In this document: positions 8,124 to 17,981 of the stretch, piece after piece | Layout of the letters: each line of letters opens with the position of its first letter | Numbering within the stretch: position 1 is the stretch's first letter | Source: an uncultured Clostridia bacterium | Lineage (GTDB): Bacteria; Bacillota; Clostridia; Christensenellales; UBA1242 | Assembly: GCA_948439925.1 (NCBI GenBank) | Contig: CAOJNR010000001.1 | Span: 1-31,389 of the forward strand | Direction: 5' to 3' | Length of the DNA stretch: 31,389 nt | Position numbers and translations under genes: made by a program | Notes under the pieces: generated by a model | Databases searched by the model: none | The model's input: only the letters and a program-made list of their open reading frames with translations | What the model was told of the DNA's origin: nothing

Positions 8124-8951
8124 ATGGCAATTAAGAAACATAATCCAACATCTGCTGGAAGAAGATTTTATACAACTCCTTCTTTTGATGAGATTACAAA
8201 GAAAACACCTGAAAAATCACTCCTTGCTAAGAAGGAGAAACACGCTGGAAGAAATAATACAGGCAGAGTTACTGTTAGACACCAAGGTGGCGGAAACAGA
8301 AAGAAATATCGTATCATTGACTTCAAGCGCAACAAGGACGGAATTCCTGCAACAGTTGTTGGAATTGAATACGATCCAAACAGAACAGCTTATATCGCAC
8401 TTCTCTCTTACGCTGATGGCGAAAAGAGATACATCATTGCACCTGTTGGCCTTAAAGATGGCGACACTGTAATGAGTGGCGAAAACGCTGAAATAAAAGT
8501 CGGAAACAATCTTCCTCTTGCAAATATTCCAGTTGGTTCAACAATCCACAACATTGAACTCGAACCAAAGAAGGGCGCTCAACTTGCTCGTTCTGCTGGT
8601 GCAGAAGTTCAGCTTATGGCTAAGGAAGGAAAATATGCAACTCTTCGTCTTCCAAGCGGAGAAATGAGAAAAGTTCTTCTCACTTGCCGTGCAACAATCG
8701 GAACAGTTGGAAATATCGACCATGAACTTGTTTCTCTTGGTAAAGCTGGAAGAAAAAGACACATGGGTGTTCGTCCAAGCGTTCGTGGTGTTGCAATGAA
8801 CCCTAACGACCACAAGCATGGTGGTGGTGAAGGAAAGAGCCCAGTTGGTATGGCTTCACCAGTCACTCCATGGGGTAAACCAGCTCTTGGATACAAGACT
8901 AGAAAGAAGAAAAATCGCTCTAACCGCTTAATGGTTAAGAGAGTTAATTAG
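8124..8951 (+). CDS. rplB: 50S ribosomal protein L2
   Basis: [41 protein letters not shown]. Confidence 0.99.
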   Translation: MAIKKHNPTSAGRRFYTTPSFDEITKKTPEKSLLAKKEKHAGRNNTGRVTVRHQGGGNRKKYRIIDFKRNKDGIPATVVGIEYDPNRTAYIALLSYADGEKRYIIAPVGLKDGDTVMSGENAEIKVGNNLPLANIPVGSTIHNIELEPKKGAQLARSAGAEVQLMAKEGKYATLRLPSGEMRKVLLTCRATIGTVGNIDHELVSLGKAGRKRHMGVRPSVRGVAMNPNDHKHGGGEGKSPVGMASPVTPWGKPALGYKTRKKKNRSNRLMVKRVN

Positions 8952-8962
8952 GAGAGAAAACT

Positions 8963-9247
8963 ATGAGCAGATCATCAAAGAAAAAGCCTTTTGTTCATCC
9001 AACACTCATTAAGAGAGTTGAAGAAATGCAAGCTTCTGGCGTTAAAAAGCCAATTAAAACTTGGTCACGTTCTTCAACAATCTATCCAGATTTCGTTGGA
9101 TTCACTTTCGCTGTGCACAACGGAAAGAAACATGTCCCTGTTTATTGCACTGCTGATATGGTTGGACACAAACTTGGCGAATTTTCTCCAACAAGAACTT
9201 ACAAGGGACACATCAAAAAGTCGGCTGCCGCTAAGGGCAAGAAGTAA
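8963..9247 (+). CDS. rpsS: 30S ribosomal protein S19
   Basis: [37 protein letters not shown]. Confidence 0.99.
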   Translation: MSRSSKKKPFVHPTLIKRVEEMQASGVKKPIKTWSRSSTIYPDFVGFTFAVHNGKKHVPVYCTADMVGHKLGEFSPTRTYKGHIKKSAAAKGKK

Positions 9248-9257
9248 GAGGTGAATA

Positions 9258-9653
9258 ATGGCTACAAGAATTAGACTTAAAGCGCAAAAAAGAAAAGAAG
9301 AAAATAAAAACGCTCGTCCATACGCTAAGGCAAAATACATCAGAATGAGCCCTTCAAAAGTTGCAATCGTTCTCGACAAAATTCGTGGACAAAAAGCTGA
9401 AATGGCTGTTGCAATCCTTGAAAATATGGCAGAAAGCGCTGCTGTTGAGTGCCTCAAAGTTCTCAAAAGTGCAATCGCCAACGCTGAAAACAACAAAGGC
9501 ATGAATGCTTCAAACTTGTTTGTTGCTGAGTGCTATGCTGGCGCTGGTCCTGTGCTTAAAAGAATTGCTTACAGAGCAAAAGGCAGAGCTGATAGAATAC
9601 TTAAAAGAACTTCACACATCACAATCGTGCTTGATGAAGTGGTAGGAGGCTAA
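9258..9653 (+). CDS. rplV: 50S ribosomal protein L22 (N-terminal extension)
   Basis: AKYIRMSPSK, SAIANAENN, RAKGRADRILKRTSHITIVL. Confidence 0.98.
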   Translation: MATRIRLKAQKRKEENKNARPYAKAKYIRMSPSKVAIVLDKIRGQKAEMAVAILENMAESAAVECLKVLKSAIANAENNKGMNASNLFVAECYAGAGPVLKRIAYRAKGRADRILKRTSHITIVLDEVVGG

Positions 9654-9655
9654 TT

Positions 9656-10330
9656 ATGGGACAAAAAGTTAGTCCAGTTGGACTTAGAATTGGAATCAAT
9701 AAAGATTGGGATTCAACTTGGTATGCAGACAAGAAAACTTTTGGTTTGAACCTTAAAGAAGATCAAGAAATCCGTAACTTTTTGAAGAAAAAATATAATG
9801 CCTGCGCTATTTCAAAAATCACTATTGAGAGAACTGAGGCAAAACTTGTTATCAATATCTTCACAGGCAAACCTGGTATGATTATTGGTGCAAAAGGCGC
9901 TGGAATTGAAACAATCAAGAAAGAAGTGACAAAGATGATAAGACCAATCAAACTTCTTGTTATCAATGTTAAAGAAATCAAAAGACCTGATCTCGATGCA
10001 CAACTCGTTGCAGAAAGCATTGCTTCTCAACTTGAAAAGCGTGTTGCTGGAAAGAGAGCATTAAAGCAAGCTCTTCAAAGAGTTATGAAAGCTGGTGCAA
10101 AGGGATGTAAGGTTCAAATAGCTGGTGTTCTTGCAAAAGCAAACGACAAAGCTATGACTGAAAAATACATGGAAGGTTCACTTCCTCTTCACACTTTGCG
10201 TGCAGATATTGACTATGGCGAAGCTTCTGCTTTCACTATGATTGGTAAAATTGGCGTTAAGTGCTGGATTTACAAGGGAGAAATCCTTCAAGCAAAGAAG
10301 TCGTCTGAAAAGAAAGGAGGACAAGAATAA
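9656..10330 (+). CDS. rpsC: 30S ribosomal protein S3 (divergent C-terminal domain motifs)
   Basis: [42 protein letters not shown]. Confidence 0.98.
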   Translation: MGQKVSPVGLRIGINKDWDSTWYADKKTFGLNLKEDQEIRNFLKKKYNACAISKITIERTEAKLVINIFTGKPGMIIGAKGAGIETIKKEVTKMIRPIKLLVINVKEIKRPDLDAQLVAESIASQLEKRVAGKRALKQALQRVMKAGAKGCKVQIAGVLAKANDKAMTEKYMEGSLPLHTLRADIDYGEASAFTMIGKIGVKCWIYKGEILQAKKSSEKKGGQE

Positions 10331-10767
10331 TGTTAATGCCAAAGAGAGTTAAAAGAAGAAAAGTTTTCAGAGGCAGAATGACTGGTAAGGCTACAAGAGG
10401 TAACACTATTGCATACGGAACTTATGGTATCGTTGCAATGGAACCATGCTGGATCAAATCAAACCAAATCGAAGCAGCTCGTATTGCTATGACAAGACAT
10501 ATCAAACGTGGCGGTAAGGTTTGGATTAAGATTTTCCCAGATAAACCTGTAAGTAAAAAGCCTGCTCAAACTCGTATGGGTTCGGGTAAAGGTGCACCTG
10601 AATTTTGGGTTGCAGTGGTTAAGCCAGGCAGAGTTCTCTTTGAAATCGAAGGCGTTGCTGAGGCAACAGCTAAGGAAGCACTTAGACTTGCTGGTCACAA
10701 ACTTCCTTGCAAAGTGAAATTCTTAAAGAAAGAAGAAAACAAAGGTGGTGCGGATAATGAAAATTAG
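10330..10767 (+). CDS. rplP: 50S ribosomal protein L16
   Basis: [27 protein letters not shown]. Confidence 0.99.
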   Translation: MLMPKRVKRRKVFRGRMTGKATRGNTIAYGTYGIVAMEPCWIKSNQIEAARIAMTRHIKRGGKVWIKIFPDKPVSKKPAQTRMGSGKGAPEFWVAVVKPGRVLFEIEGVAEATAKEALRLAGHKLPCKVKFLKKEENKGGADNEN

Positions 10768-10975
10768 TGAAATTCAAGGTTTGACAGTGGCAGAACTCAA
10801 TGCAAAACTTAAAGAACTCAACAGTGAACTTTTCAATCTTCGTTTTTCTCATGCCACTAGAAGTCTTGCAAACCCAATGCAAATTCACAATGTGAAGAAA
10901 GACATTGCAAGAGTTAAGACTGTTATAAGAGAAAAAGAAATCGCGGGATCAAACGGAGGAAACAATGGAAAATAG
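10757..10975 (+). CDS. rpmC: 50S ribosomal protein L29
   Basis: [24 protein letters not shown]. Confidence 0.97.
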   Translation: MKISEIQGLTVAELNAKLKELNSELFNLRFSHATRSLANPMQIHNVKKDIARVKTVIREKEIAGSNGGNNGK

Positions 10976-11225
10976 AAATGAAAGAATAACCAGAGAAGGC
11001 GTTGTTGTAAGCGCTGGCAAAATGGACAAAACTGTTGTTGTTAAAGTTGTTTCAAGAGTTAAAAGCCCAATTTACAAAAAAGTCGTTCAAAGAACTAAAA
11101 AGTTCAAAGCTCATGACGAAAACAACGCGTGCGGAATGGGTGACAGAGTTAGAATTATGGAAACTCGTCCACTCAGCAAAGATAAGCATTTCAGAGTTGT
11201 TGAAATCATTGAGAAAGCAAAATAA
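10965..11225 (+). CDS. rpsQ: 30S ribosomal protein S17
   Basis: [30 protein letters not shown]. Confidence 0.98.
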   Translation: MENRNERITREGVVVSAGKMDKTVVVKVVSRVKSPIYKKVVQRTKKFKAHDENNACGMGDRVRIMETRPLSKDKHFRVVEIIEKAK

Positions 11226-11236
11226 GGAGGAGCAAT

Positions 11237-11605
11237 ATGATTATACCTCAAACAAGATTGAAAGTTGCTGACAACACTGGCGCAAAAGAAATTATGTGTA
11301 TCAGAGTTCTTGGTGGCTCATTCAGAAGAAGTGGAAACATTGGCGATATCATCGTTGCTTCTGTTAAGAAAGCTATCCCTGGCGGTAGCGTTAAGAAGGG
11401 CGATGTTGTTAAGGCAGTTATCGTTCGTTCTTCAAAAGGTCTTCGTAGACCAGACGGATCTCATATCCGTTTTGATGACAACGCAGCTGTTATCATCGAC
11501 AACCAAAAACAACCAAAAGGCACTCGCGTTTTCGGACCGATCGCCAGAGAACTCCGTGACAGAGGATATATGAAAATTATCTCTCTCGCTCCGGACGTTA
11601 TATAA
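11237..11605 (+). CDS. rplN: 50S ribosomal protein L14
   Basis: [32 protein letters not shown]. Confidence 0.99.
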   Translation: MIIPQTRLKVADNTGAKEIMCIRVLGGSFRRSGNIGDIIVASVKKAIPGGSVKKGDVVKAVIVRSSKGLRRPDGSHIRFDDNAAVIIDNQKQPKGTRVFGPIARELRDRGYMKIISLAPDVI

Positions 11606-11617
11606 GAGGAGGGCATT

Positions 11618-12136
11618 ATGAAAATGAAAGTTAAAACAGGCGATAATGTTCTCGTTATCACAGGAAAAGATAAGGGCAAGAGCGGAAAAGTTATGGAAGT
11701 TCTTGCACAAGAAAATAAAGTTGTTGTTGAAAACATCAACATTGTGACAAAACATCAAAAACCAAGAAGCCAACAAGACAAGGGCGGAAAAATTCAAAAA
11801 ACTGCTCCAATCGAAGCTTCAAACGTTATGGTTATCTGCCCTAACTGCAACAAAGCAACAAGAGTTGCTCACAGTGAAGTGGCAGGCAAAAAAGTTCGCT
11901 CTTGCAAGAAGTGCGGTTCAAGCCTTGACAAAGAGTTTGTGAAAGCTTCAAAGAAAGAAGCAAAGAAAACAGTTAAAAAGGCAAGCGAACTTAAAGGTGC
12001 AACACTTAAACAAGCTGACGCACCAGTAAAAGAAGAAAAAGCTGAGAAGACAACTGCTAAAACAACTGCAAAGTCAACTTCAACAAAATCTTCAACCACA
12101 AAAAAGTCGACAACTGCAAAGAAAGCAAGTGAATAG
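11618..12136 (+). CDS. rplX: 50S ribosomal protein L24 with a K/T/A-rich C-terminal tail
   Basis: [22 protein letters not shown] motif, [17 protein letters not shown]. Confidence 0.97.
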   Translation: MKMKVKTGDNVLVITGKDKGKSGKVMEVLAQENKVVVENINIVTKHQKPRSQQDKGGKIQKTAPIEASNVMVICPNCNKATRVAHSEVAGKKVRSCKKCGSSLDKEFVKASKKEAKKTVKKASELKGATLKQADAPVKEEKAEKTTAKTTAKSTSTKSSTTKKSTTAKKASE

Positions 12137-12157
12137 GAGAAAGAACAAAACAGAATT

Positions 12158-12685
12158 TTGACTAAATATAGAGAGGAAGTTGTTCCTGCACTTATTTCAG
12201 AATTTGGTTACAAGAACATAATGGAAGTTCCAAAGCTTGTTAAAGTTGTGCTCAATATGGGACTTGGCGAAGTTAAAAGCAATTCAAAATCTTTCAACAT
12301 CGCAGTTGACGAACTTGCAGTTATCTCAGGTCAAAAGCCAGTTGTTACAACTGCAAAGAAATCAATCTCAAACTTCGGACTCAGAGAAGGTCAAAAGATT
12401 GGTGCAAAAGTCACACTCAGAGGGGATAGAATGTATGAGTTTTTCGATAGACTCACAGCAATCGCTCTTCCAAGAGTGAGAGACTTCAAGGGTGTTTCTG
12501 ACAAGTCATTTGATGGCAAAGGAAACTACTCTATGGGAATTAAAGAACAACTTATTTTCCCAGAAATCGTTTATGAAAAAGTCGAAAAAATCAGAGGTTT
12601 TGACATCACTTTCGTTACTACTGCAAAGACAAACGAAGAGGCAAAAGCACTTTTAAAGGCACTCGGTATGCCTTTTGCAAGATAG
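12158..12685 (+). CDS. rplE: 50S ribosomal protein L5 (true start uncertain)
   Basis: [34 protein letters not shown]. Confidence 0.97.
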   Translation: MTKYREEVVPALISEFGYKNIMEVPKLVKVVLNMGLGEVKSNSKSFNIAVDELAVISGQKPVVTTAKKSISNFGLREGQKIGAKVTLRGDRMYEFFDRLTAIALPRVRDFKGVSDKSFDGKGNYSMGIKEQLIFPEIVYEKVEKIRGFDITFVTTAKTNEEAKALLKALGMPFAR

Positions 12686-12695
12686 GAGTTTGATT

Positions 12696-12881
12696 ATGGC
12701 AAGAAAAGCATTAGTTGAAAAACAAAAAAGAACTCAAAAATATAAAACACGTGAATACACTCGTTGCAGTCTTTGTGGACGTCCACACTCAGTTCTCAGA
12801 AAGTATGGCATTTGCAGAGTTTGTTTCAGAGAACTCGCAAACAAGGGCGAAATCCCTGGCGTGAAGAAAGCAAGTTGGTAA
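12696..12881 (+). CDS. rpsZ: 30S ribosomal protein S14 type Z (zinc-binding)
   Basis: 61 aa, [22 protein letters not shown]. Confidence 0.98.
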   Translation: MARKALVEKQKRTQKYKTREYTRCSLCGRPHSVLRKYGICRVCFRELANKGEIPGVKKASW

Positions 12882-12894
12882 GAGGAGGAAAATT

Positions 12895-13293
12895 ATGTTA
12901 GTTACAGATCCAATCGCAGATATGCTTACAAGAATTCGTAATGCGACACGCGCAAAACACGAATCAGTAATCGTTCCTGCATCTAATGAAAAATTGGCTA
13001 TTGCCAAAATCCTTCTCGATGAAGGTTACATCATTTCTTTTGAAGAAGTTAAAGATGGCAACTGGAAAAACATTCTCATCACTCTCAAATATGATGAGAC
13101 TGGTGACAGCGTTATTCAAGGACTTAGAAGAATTTCTAAACCAGGCCTTCGTATTTACGCTCAAAAAGATAAACTTCCAAGAGTTATAAGCGGACTCGGC
13201 ATCGCTATCATTTCAACAAACAAGGGTATTGTGACTGATAAAGTTGCAAGACAACTCAATGTTGGTGGCGAAGTTCTCGCTTATGTATGGTAA
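12895..13293 (+). CDS. rpsH: 30S ribosomal protein S8
   Basis: [31 protein letters not shown]. Confidence 0.99.
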   Translation: MLVTDPIADMLTRIRNATRAKHESVIVPASNEKLAIAKILLDEGYIISFEEVKDGNWKNILITLKYDETGDSVIQGLRRISKPGLRIYAQKDKLPRVISGLGIAIISTNKGIVTDKVARQLNVGGEVLAYVW

Positions 13294-13303
13294 GGAGGAT
13301 ACT

Positions 13304-13852
13304 ATGTCTAGAATAGGTAAAAAAGTTATAGTTATGCCTGCTGGCGTGAGCGCAAAGCTTGAAAACGGCGTGCTTACAGTGTCAGGACCAAAGGGAACTT
13401 TGTCACAAGAAATTGACAAAGTTATCAAAACAAACATTAACGGTCAAGAAATGTCTTTTGAAATCGCAAAAGAAACTGCTGATGCAAATGCTAAGCATGG
13501 TCTTTACAGAGCTCTCGCTCACAACATGGTTGTTGGCGTAAGCGAAGGATTCAAAAGAAACCTTCTTATCGCTGGTGTAGGTTACAAAGCAAGCGTAAGC
13601 GGAAACAAACTCAATCTCAACCTTGGTTTCTCTCACCCAGTTGAAATTGCAATTCCAAGTGACCTTCAAGTTACTTGTCCATCAGTGACAGAAATTGCAA
13701 TCTCTGGAATTGACAAACAAAAGGTTGGACAATTCGCTTCAAATATCAGAGATATCAGACCTGTTGAGCCATATCACGGCTACGGCGTTCGTTACTCTGA
13801 CGAAGTGGTTATAAGAAAAGTCGGCAAAACTGCGGGTAAAGGCAAGAAGTAG
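13304..13852 (+). CDS. rplF: 50S ribosomal protein L6
   Basis: [32 protein letters not shown]; AAGGAGG RBS. Confidence 0.99.
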   Translation: MSRIGKKVIVMPAGVSAKLENGVLTVSGPKGTLSQEIDKVIKTNINGQEMSFEIAKETADANAKHGLYRALAHNMVVGVSEGFKRNLLIAGVGYKASVSGNKLNLNLGFSHPVEIAIPSDLQVTCPSVTEIAISGIDKQKVGQFASNIRDIRPVEPYHGYGVRYSDEVVIRKVGKTAGKGKK

Positions 13853-13863
13853 GAGGTAAGACG

Positions 13864-14232
13864 ATGATAGGTAAATCAGATAAAAATAAAGAAAGACTTG
13901 TTCGTCACAAGCGTGTTAGAGGAAAAGTTTCTGGCACAAGCGAAAGACCTCGCCTTTGCGTTTACAGGTCTTTGAGCCAAATCTATGCTCAAATCATTGA
14001 TGACATAAAGGGCGTGACCTTGGTCAGCGCTTCAACCCTTGACAGTGATGTTAAAAACCTCATCAAAGGAAAAAGCAAATCAGAACAAGCAAAAATCGTT
14101 GGTGAAGCTATCGCTAAGAAAGCTTTGGAAAAGAAAATAAATGAAGTTGTTTTTGATAGAGGCGGATATATCTACATTGGTCGCGTTCAAGCTTTGGCAG
14201 ATGGTGCCAGAAAAGCTGGACTTAAATTTTAG
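13864..14232 (+). CDS. rplR: 50S ribosomal protein L18
   Basis: [32 protein letters not shown]. Confidence 0.99.
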   Translation: MIGKSDKNKERLVRHKRVRGKVSGTSERPRLCVYRSLSQIYAQIIDDIKGVTLVSASTLDSDVKNLIKGKSKSEQAKIVGEAIAKKALEKKINEVVFDRGGYIYIGRVQALADGARKAGLKF

Positions 14233-14241
14233 GAGGAAAAC

Positions 14242-14813
14242 ATGAGTGAAGTAAATGAAGTTAAAGTTGAAAAAACTCCTGAATCACAAGGAAGAAAGCC
14301 TTTTTTCAAAGATAAACAAAAATCTGACAAACGCGAAAGACCAGTTAGACGCGAAGACAGCGAGTTTGACAAAACTGTTGTTTGCGTTAGACGCGTTACT
14401 AAGGTAGTTAAAGGCGGAAGAACTCTTCGTTTCTCAGCACTTGTTGTCGTTGGTGACAAGAAGGGCAGAGTGGGCATTGCAATCGGCAAAGCAAAAGAAG
14501 TTTCTGGCGCTATCGAAAAAGCAACTACTATGGCAAAGAAAAACCTTATCAATGTGCCAATCGTTGACGGATCATTGGTAAATTCTCAGCAACAAACGTT
14601 TTAATGTTCCCAGCACCTGCCGGAACAGGAGTTATCGCTGGTGGTTCTGCTCGTGCCGTTCTTGAACTTGCGGGCGTTCACAACATCGTGACAAAGAGAC
14701 ATGGCTCTTCAAACAAAATCAACGTTGTTAAAGCAACTATTGAAGGCTTGAAATCTCTTAAAACAAAAGAAGAAATCGCTGCTCGTCGTGGCAAATCGGT
14801 TGACGAAATTTAA
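14242..14813 (+). CDS. rpsE: 30S ribosomal protein S5, apparently frameshifted by a short deletion at ~14573
   Basis: [21 protein letters not shown] in frame 1 to DGS; [24 protein letters not shown]...KTKEEIA.RRG continues in the -1 frame from 14574; the conserved IPHE segment is absent. Confidence 0.93.
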
Positions 14814-14833
14814 GGAAAGGAGAAGAAAAGATT

Positions 14834-15031
14834 ATGGCAGAGAAAAAACAAAAAATGCTTAAAGTTACTTGGGTAAAAAGTGCCATCGGCTACAACAAAA
14901 AGCAAGCCCTTATCATTGAAGCTCTTGGACTTAAAAAACTTAACCAAACAAAAGTCCTTCCTGACAACGATGCTATTCGTGGAAGTTTATTCCATGTTAA
15001 GCACCTCGTTAAAGTGGAAGAAGTGAAGTAG
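14834..15031 (+). CDS. rpmD: 50S ribosomal protein L30
   Basis: KVTWVKSAIG, ALGLKKLNQT, HVKHLVKVEE. Confidence 0.96.
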   Translation: MAEKKQKMLKVTWVKSAIGYNKKQALIIEALGLKKLNQTKVLPDNDAIRGSLFHVKHLVKVEEVK

Positions 15032-15040
15032 GAGGGTCAA

Positions 15041-15487
15041 ATGGAATTAAATAACATGAAACCAGCTGTTGGCGCTACAACTAAGAAAGTTAGAGTTGGT
15101 AGAGGCATAGGCAGTGGAATCGGAAAAACAAGCGGAAAGGGTCATAAAGGACAAAACGCTAGAAGTGGCGGTGGAGTTAGACCTGGTTTCGAAGGTGGAA
15201 ACATCCCTCTTATCAGAAAAATCCCAATGAGAGGATTCAATAACAAAAATTTCAGAAAGAACTATTCTTGCATCAATGTTGGCGAACTTGAATGCTTTGA
15301 AGCAAACACAGTTATCACAGAGGAACTCCTCTATGAAACAAGATTTGTTGGCAAGCGCGCACCTTATGGACTTAAAGTTCTTGGTGATGGCGAGCTTACA
15401 AAACCACTCACAATCAAGGCAAGCAAAGTTACTAAACAAGCAAGAGAAAAAATCGAAAAAGTTGGCGGAAAGATTGAGGAGATTTAA
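15041..15487 (+). CDS. rplO: 50S ribosomal protein L15
   Basis: RVGRGIGSGIGKTSGKGHKGQNARSGG..GFEGG. Confidence 0.99.
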   Translation: MELNNMKPAVGATTKKVRVGRGIGSGIGKTSGKGHKGQNARSGGGVRPGFEGGNIPLIRKIPMRGFNNKNFRKNYSCINVGELECFEANTVITEELLYETRFVGKRAPYGLKVLGDGELTKPLTIKASKVTKQAREKIEKVGGKIEEI

Positions 15488-15491
15488 TTAA

Positions 15492-16796
15492 ATGTTCAAA
15501 ACAATAGCAAACGCATTCAAAATCAAAGACATTAGGAAAAAGATTTTGCTTACTCTTCTTCTTCTCTTCATTTACCGACTTGGTTGCTGGTTGCCAGCCG
15601 TTGGCTTTGACGCATCCTCAATCATGGCGAATGAAGGGAACAATGTGGGCTTTTTCAGCCTCATGAATATGGTCAGTGGTGGTGCGCTCCAAAACTGCTC
15701 AGTGCTTGCACTCGGCGTTGCGCCTTATATCACTGCGTCAATCGTTATACAACTTTTGACGGTTGCCATACCAAAGCTTGAACAACTTTCAAAGCAAGGT
15801 GAAGACGGCAGACGCAAAATCAATCTATACACAAGAATCGCAGCACTTGTTCTTGCAATCGCGCAAGCGGTGGGAATTGTTGTTGCATATTCAAGCAGTA
15901 TTGATGTCAATGCACTTCCTGTTGGAACTCCAACATGGCTTATCGGAATGGGAATTGTTCTCATCCTCGTTGCTGGTGCAATGTTTACAGTTTGGATTGG
16001 TGAAAGAATCACTGACCTCGGCGTTGGAAACGGAATGAGTTTGCTTATTTTCGTTGGTATTCTCTCATCTGCTGGCGTTTCATTCCGTCAGGCAATCGTG
16101 AACACTGCTCAGGATATCACAAACCTTTGGTATATTGTGCTTTTCCTTGTTGCAGTTATTGCAATCTTCGCTCTCATCGTTTTCGTTGACGGCGGAGAAA
16201 GACGCGTTAATGTTCAATACGCAAAACAAATCAAGGGCAGAAAGATGTATGGTGGACAAAGCACCTACATTCCAATAAGAGTGAACGGAACTGGTGTTAT
16301 TCCAATCATCTTCGCATCAGCCCTTATCACATTCCCACAACTTATTATATCAATGTTTTGGCCAAATTCTTCGGCTTACGCATGGTATAGCAAGTGGCTG
16401 GGCAGTGGCTCTTGGGTTTACATTGTGCTTACTGCTGTGCTTATCCTTCTCTTTGCATTCTTCTATGCAAAACTTATGTTCGACCCAGACGACATTAGCA
16501 AGAGAATACAACAGCAAGGCGGATTTATTCCAGGCATACGTGCAGGTAAACCAACAGCCGACTACTTGAGAAAAATTTCAAACAGAATAACACTCTTCGG
16601 AGCGATATTCTTGGCAGTTATCGCACTTATTCCATCACTTGCTTTCAAGGCAATTGGTGACGCGACATCTGCGGGTATGCTTATCAACGCATTCAGTGCA
16701 ACAGGACTTATGATTGTGGTTTCAGTTGCTCTTGAACTTGATAAACAACTTGAAGCGCAAATGCTTATGAGAAACTATAAAGGTTTCTTGAATTAA
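15492..16796 (+). CDS. secY: preprotein translocase subunit SecY
   Basis: LGVAPYITASI, GVGNGMSLLIF, GVIPIIFA, IPGIRAG; about ten hydrophobic segments. Confidence 0.99.
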   Translation: MFKTIANAFKIKDIRKKILLTLLLLFIYRLGCWLPAVGFDASSIMANEGNNVGFFSLMNMVSGGALQNCSVLALGVAPYITASIVIQLLTVAIPKLEQLSKQGEDGRRKINLYTRIAALVLAIAQAVGIVVAYSSSIDVNALPVGTPTWLIGMGIVLILVAGAMFTVWIGERITDLGVGNGMSLLIFVGILSSAGVSFRQAIVNTAQDITNLWYIVLFLVAVIAIFALIVFVDGGERRVNVQYAKQIKGRKMYGGQSTYIPIRVNGTGVIPIIFASALITFPQLIISMFWPNSSAYAWYSKWLGSGSWVYIVLTAVLILLFAFFYAKLMFDPDDISKRIQQQGGFIPGIRAGKPTADYLRKISNRITLFGAIFLAVIALIPSLAFKAIGDATSAGMLINAFSATGLMIVVSVALELDKQLEAQMLMRNYKGFLN

Positions 16797-16859
16797 GGTT
16801 AGGCAAAAGGCAAGGGCAACCTTGCCAGCCAATATGACCTTGGTTAATACGGAGGGATT

Positions 16860-17210
16860 ATGGATGAAAGAATAAAGTTTGGAAACGGAAAGCAAGTTCT
16901 TGAAAGAATTGAAAAAGATAGGCTTTCTGGAGCAAGCAAAAAAAGCTATGAAAACTATGTGGTTTTAGTTGAAAATCCAAACAATAAATTTGAAGTTGGT
17001 GTAAACAACGCTGATGATGTTGTGAAATCATTCGAAGAAAAAGGTGCGCTTAAAGGTGAGACTGAAACAGTTGTTCGATTGGTTGAGTCTTCTGTTGCAA
17101 AAGCCAATGGAAAACTTCCACCAATTTTCGTCAATAAGAATGGAAGGGAAATAGTAGACATTAAAGCTCTTATTGCACATATAGAGCAACCTTTTGAAAG
17201 CGAAGAATAA
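16860..17210 (+). CDS. hypothetical protein inserted between secY and adk
   Basis: 116 aa, GGAGG RBS, host-like codon usage; no recognisable motif. Confidence 0.75.
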   Translation: MDERIKFGNGKQVLERIEKDRLSGASKKSYENYVVLVENPNNKFEVGVNNADDVVKSFEEKGALKGETETVVRLVESSVAKANGKLPPIFVNKNGREIVDIKALIAHIEQPFESEE

Positions 17211-17352
17211 TAACTTCAAACTCTAATGCTAGAAATAGCAAATACATAGAGCTCGACTTTTCTTCAAGTCGTTAAACATGGGGAGTGTTACAGCGGTAAA
17301 CCTATTTAATGCGGGTTTTAAAATAAGACATTAAAAAACAGGAGGACAATTT

Positions 17353-17979
17353 ATGAAACTTATCCTTTTAGGAGCAGCAGGAAGTGGCAAAGGCACTCTT
17401 GCAAAGAAAATCACTCGTGATTTTGGAATTCCACAACTTTCAATGGGGGATATGCTCAGAGATATTGCCAGCAGTGGAAGCGAACTTGGCAAAAAGATTG
17501 GCGAATATCAAAACAAAGGAATTTTAGTTCCTAGTGACGTGGTTTTTGAGGTTTTAAAGGAAAGACTTTCTCAAAAAGATTGTGAAAATGGATACATCCT
17601 TGACGGTTTCCCACGCACAATCGACCAAGCACATCTTCTTGCAAAAGTGACAGAAGTTGATGCTGTTATCAGTGTTGAACTTGCTTTTGACGAAATTGAA
17701 AGAAGATTGGCTGCAAGAAGAACTTGTCCAAAATGCGGAGATATTGACAATGCAAACTATGAAGGTTTCACAGGAAATTGCAGAAAGTGTCAAACTCCAT
17801 TGTTTCAGCGCGATGACGATAAACCTGAGGCAATAAGAACTCGTCTGGAAGTTTATAAACAGAACATAACACCACTTATAAACTTCTACGGTGATAGGCT
17901 GTTCAAAGTTTCATCAGCTGGTTCGCCAGATGAAACATACAAGCCTGTTTATGACTTTTTGAAGACGTTGGAGGCATAA
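17353..17979 (+). CDS. adk: adenylate kinase with zinc-binding LID
   Basis: GAAGSGKGT P-loop, LDGFPRT..QA, CPKC...CRKC LID, QRDDD. Confidence 0.96.
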   Translation: MKLILLGAAGSGKGTLAKKITRDFGIPQLSMGDMLRDIASSGSELGKKIGEYQNKGILVPSDVVFEVLKERLSQKDCENGYILDGFPRTIDQAHLLAKVTEVDAVISVELAFDEIERRLAARRTCPKCGDIDNANYEGFTGNCRKCQTPLFQRDDDKPEAIRTRLEVYKQNITPLINFYGDRLFKVSSAGSPDETYKPVYDFLKTLEA

Positions 17980-17981
17980 TC

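Noticed and set aside
8809-8820. L2 reads DHKH instead of the usual DHPH
   Set aside because: The key His is retained; a single substitution is too little to build on.
13966-15578. Possible arginine codon reassignment, as reported in some uncultured Bacillota
   Set aside because: AGG (13966, rplR VYRS) and CGA (15576, secY YRLG) fall at conserved Arg positions; TGG encodes conserved Trp and TGA acts as stop. CGG is too rare to test.
17228-17241. GCTAGAAATAGCAA is identical to part of the SpCas9 sgRNA scaffold, and TTAAAATAAG occurs about 80 nt downstream
   Set aside because: The sgRNA GAAA loop is an engineered linker, flanks do not match the scaffold, and there is no cas gene or array; treated as a coincidental GNRA hairpin.
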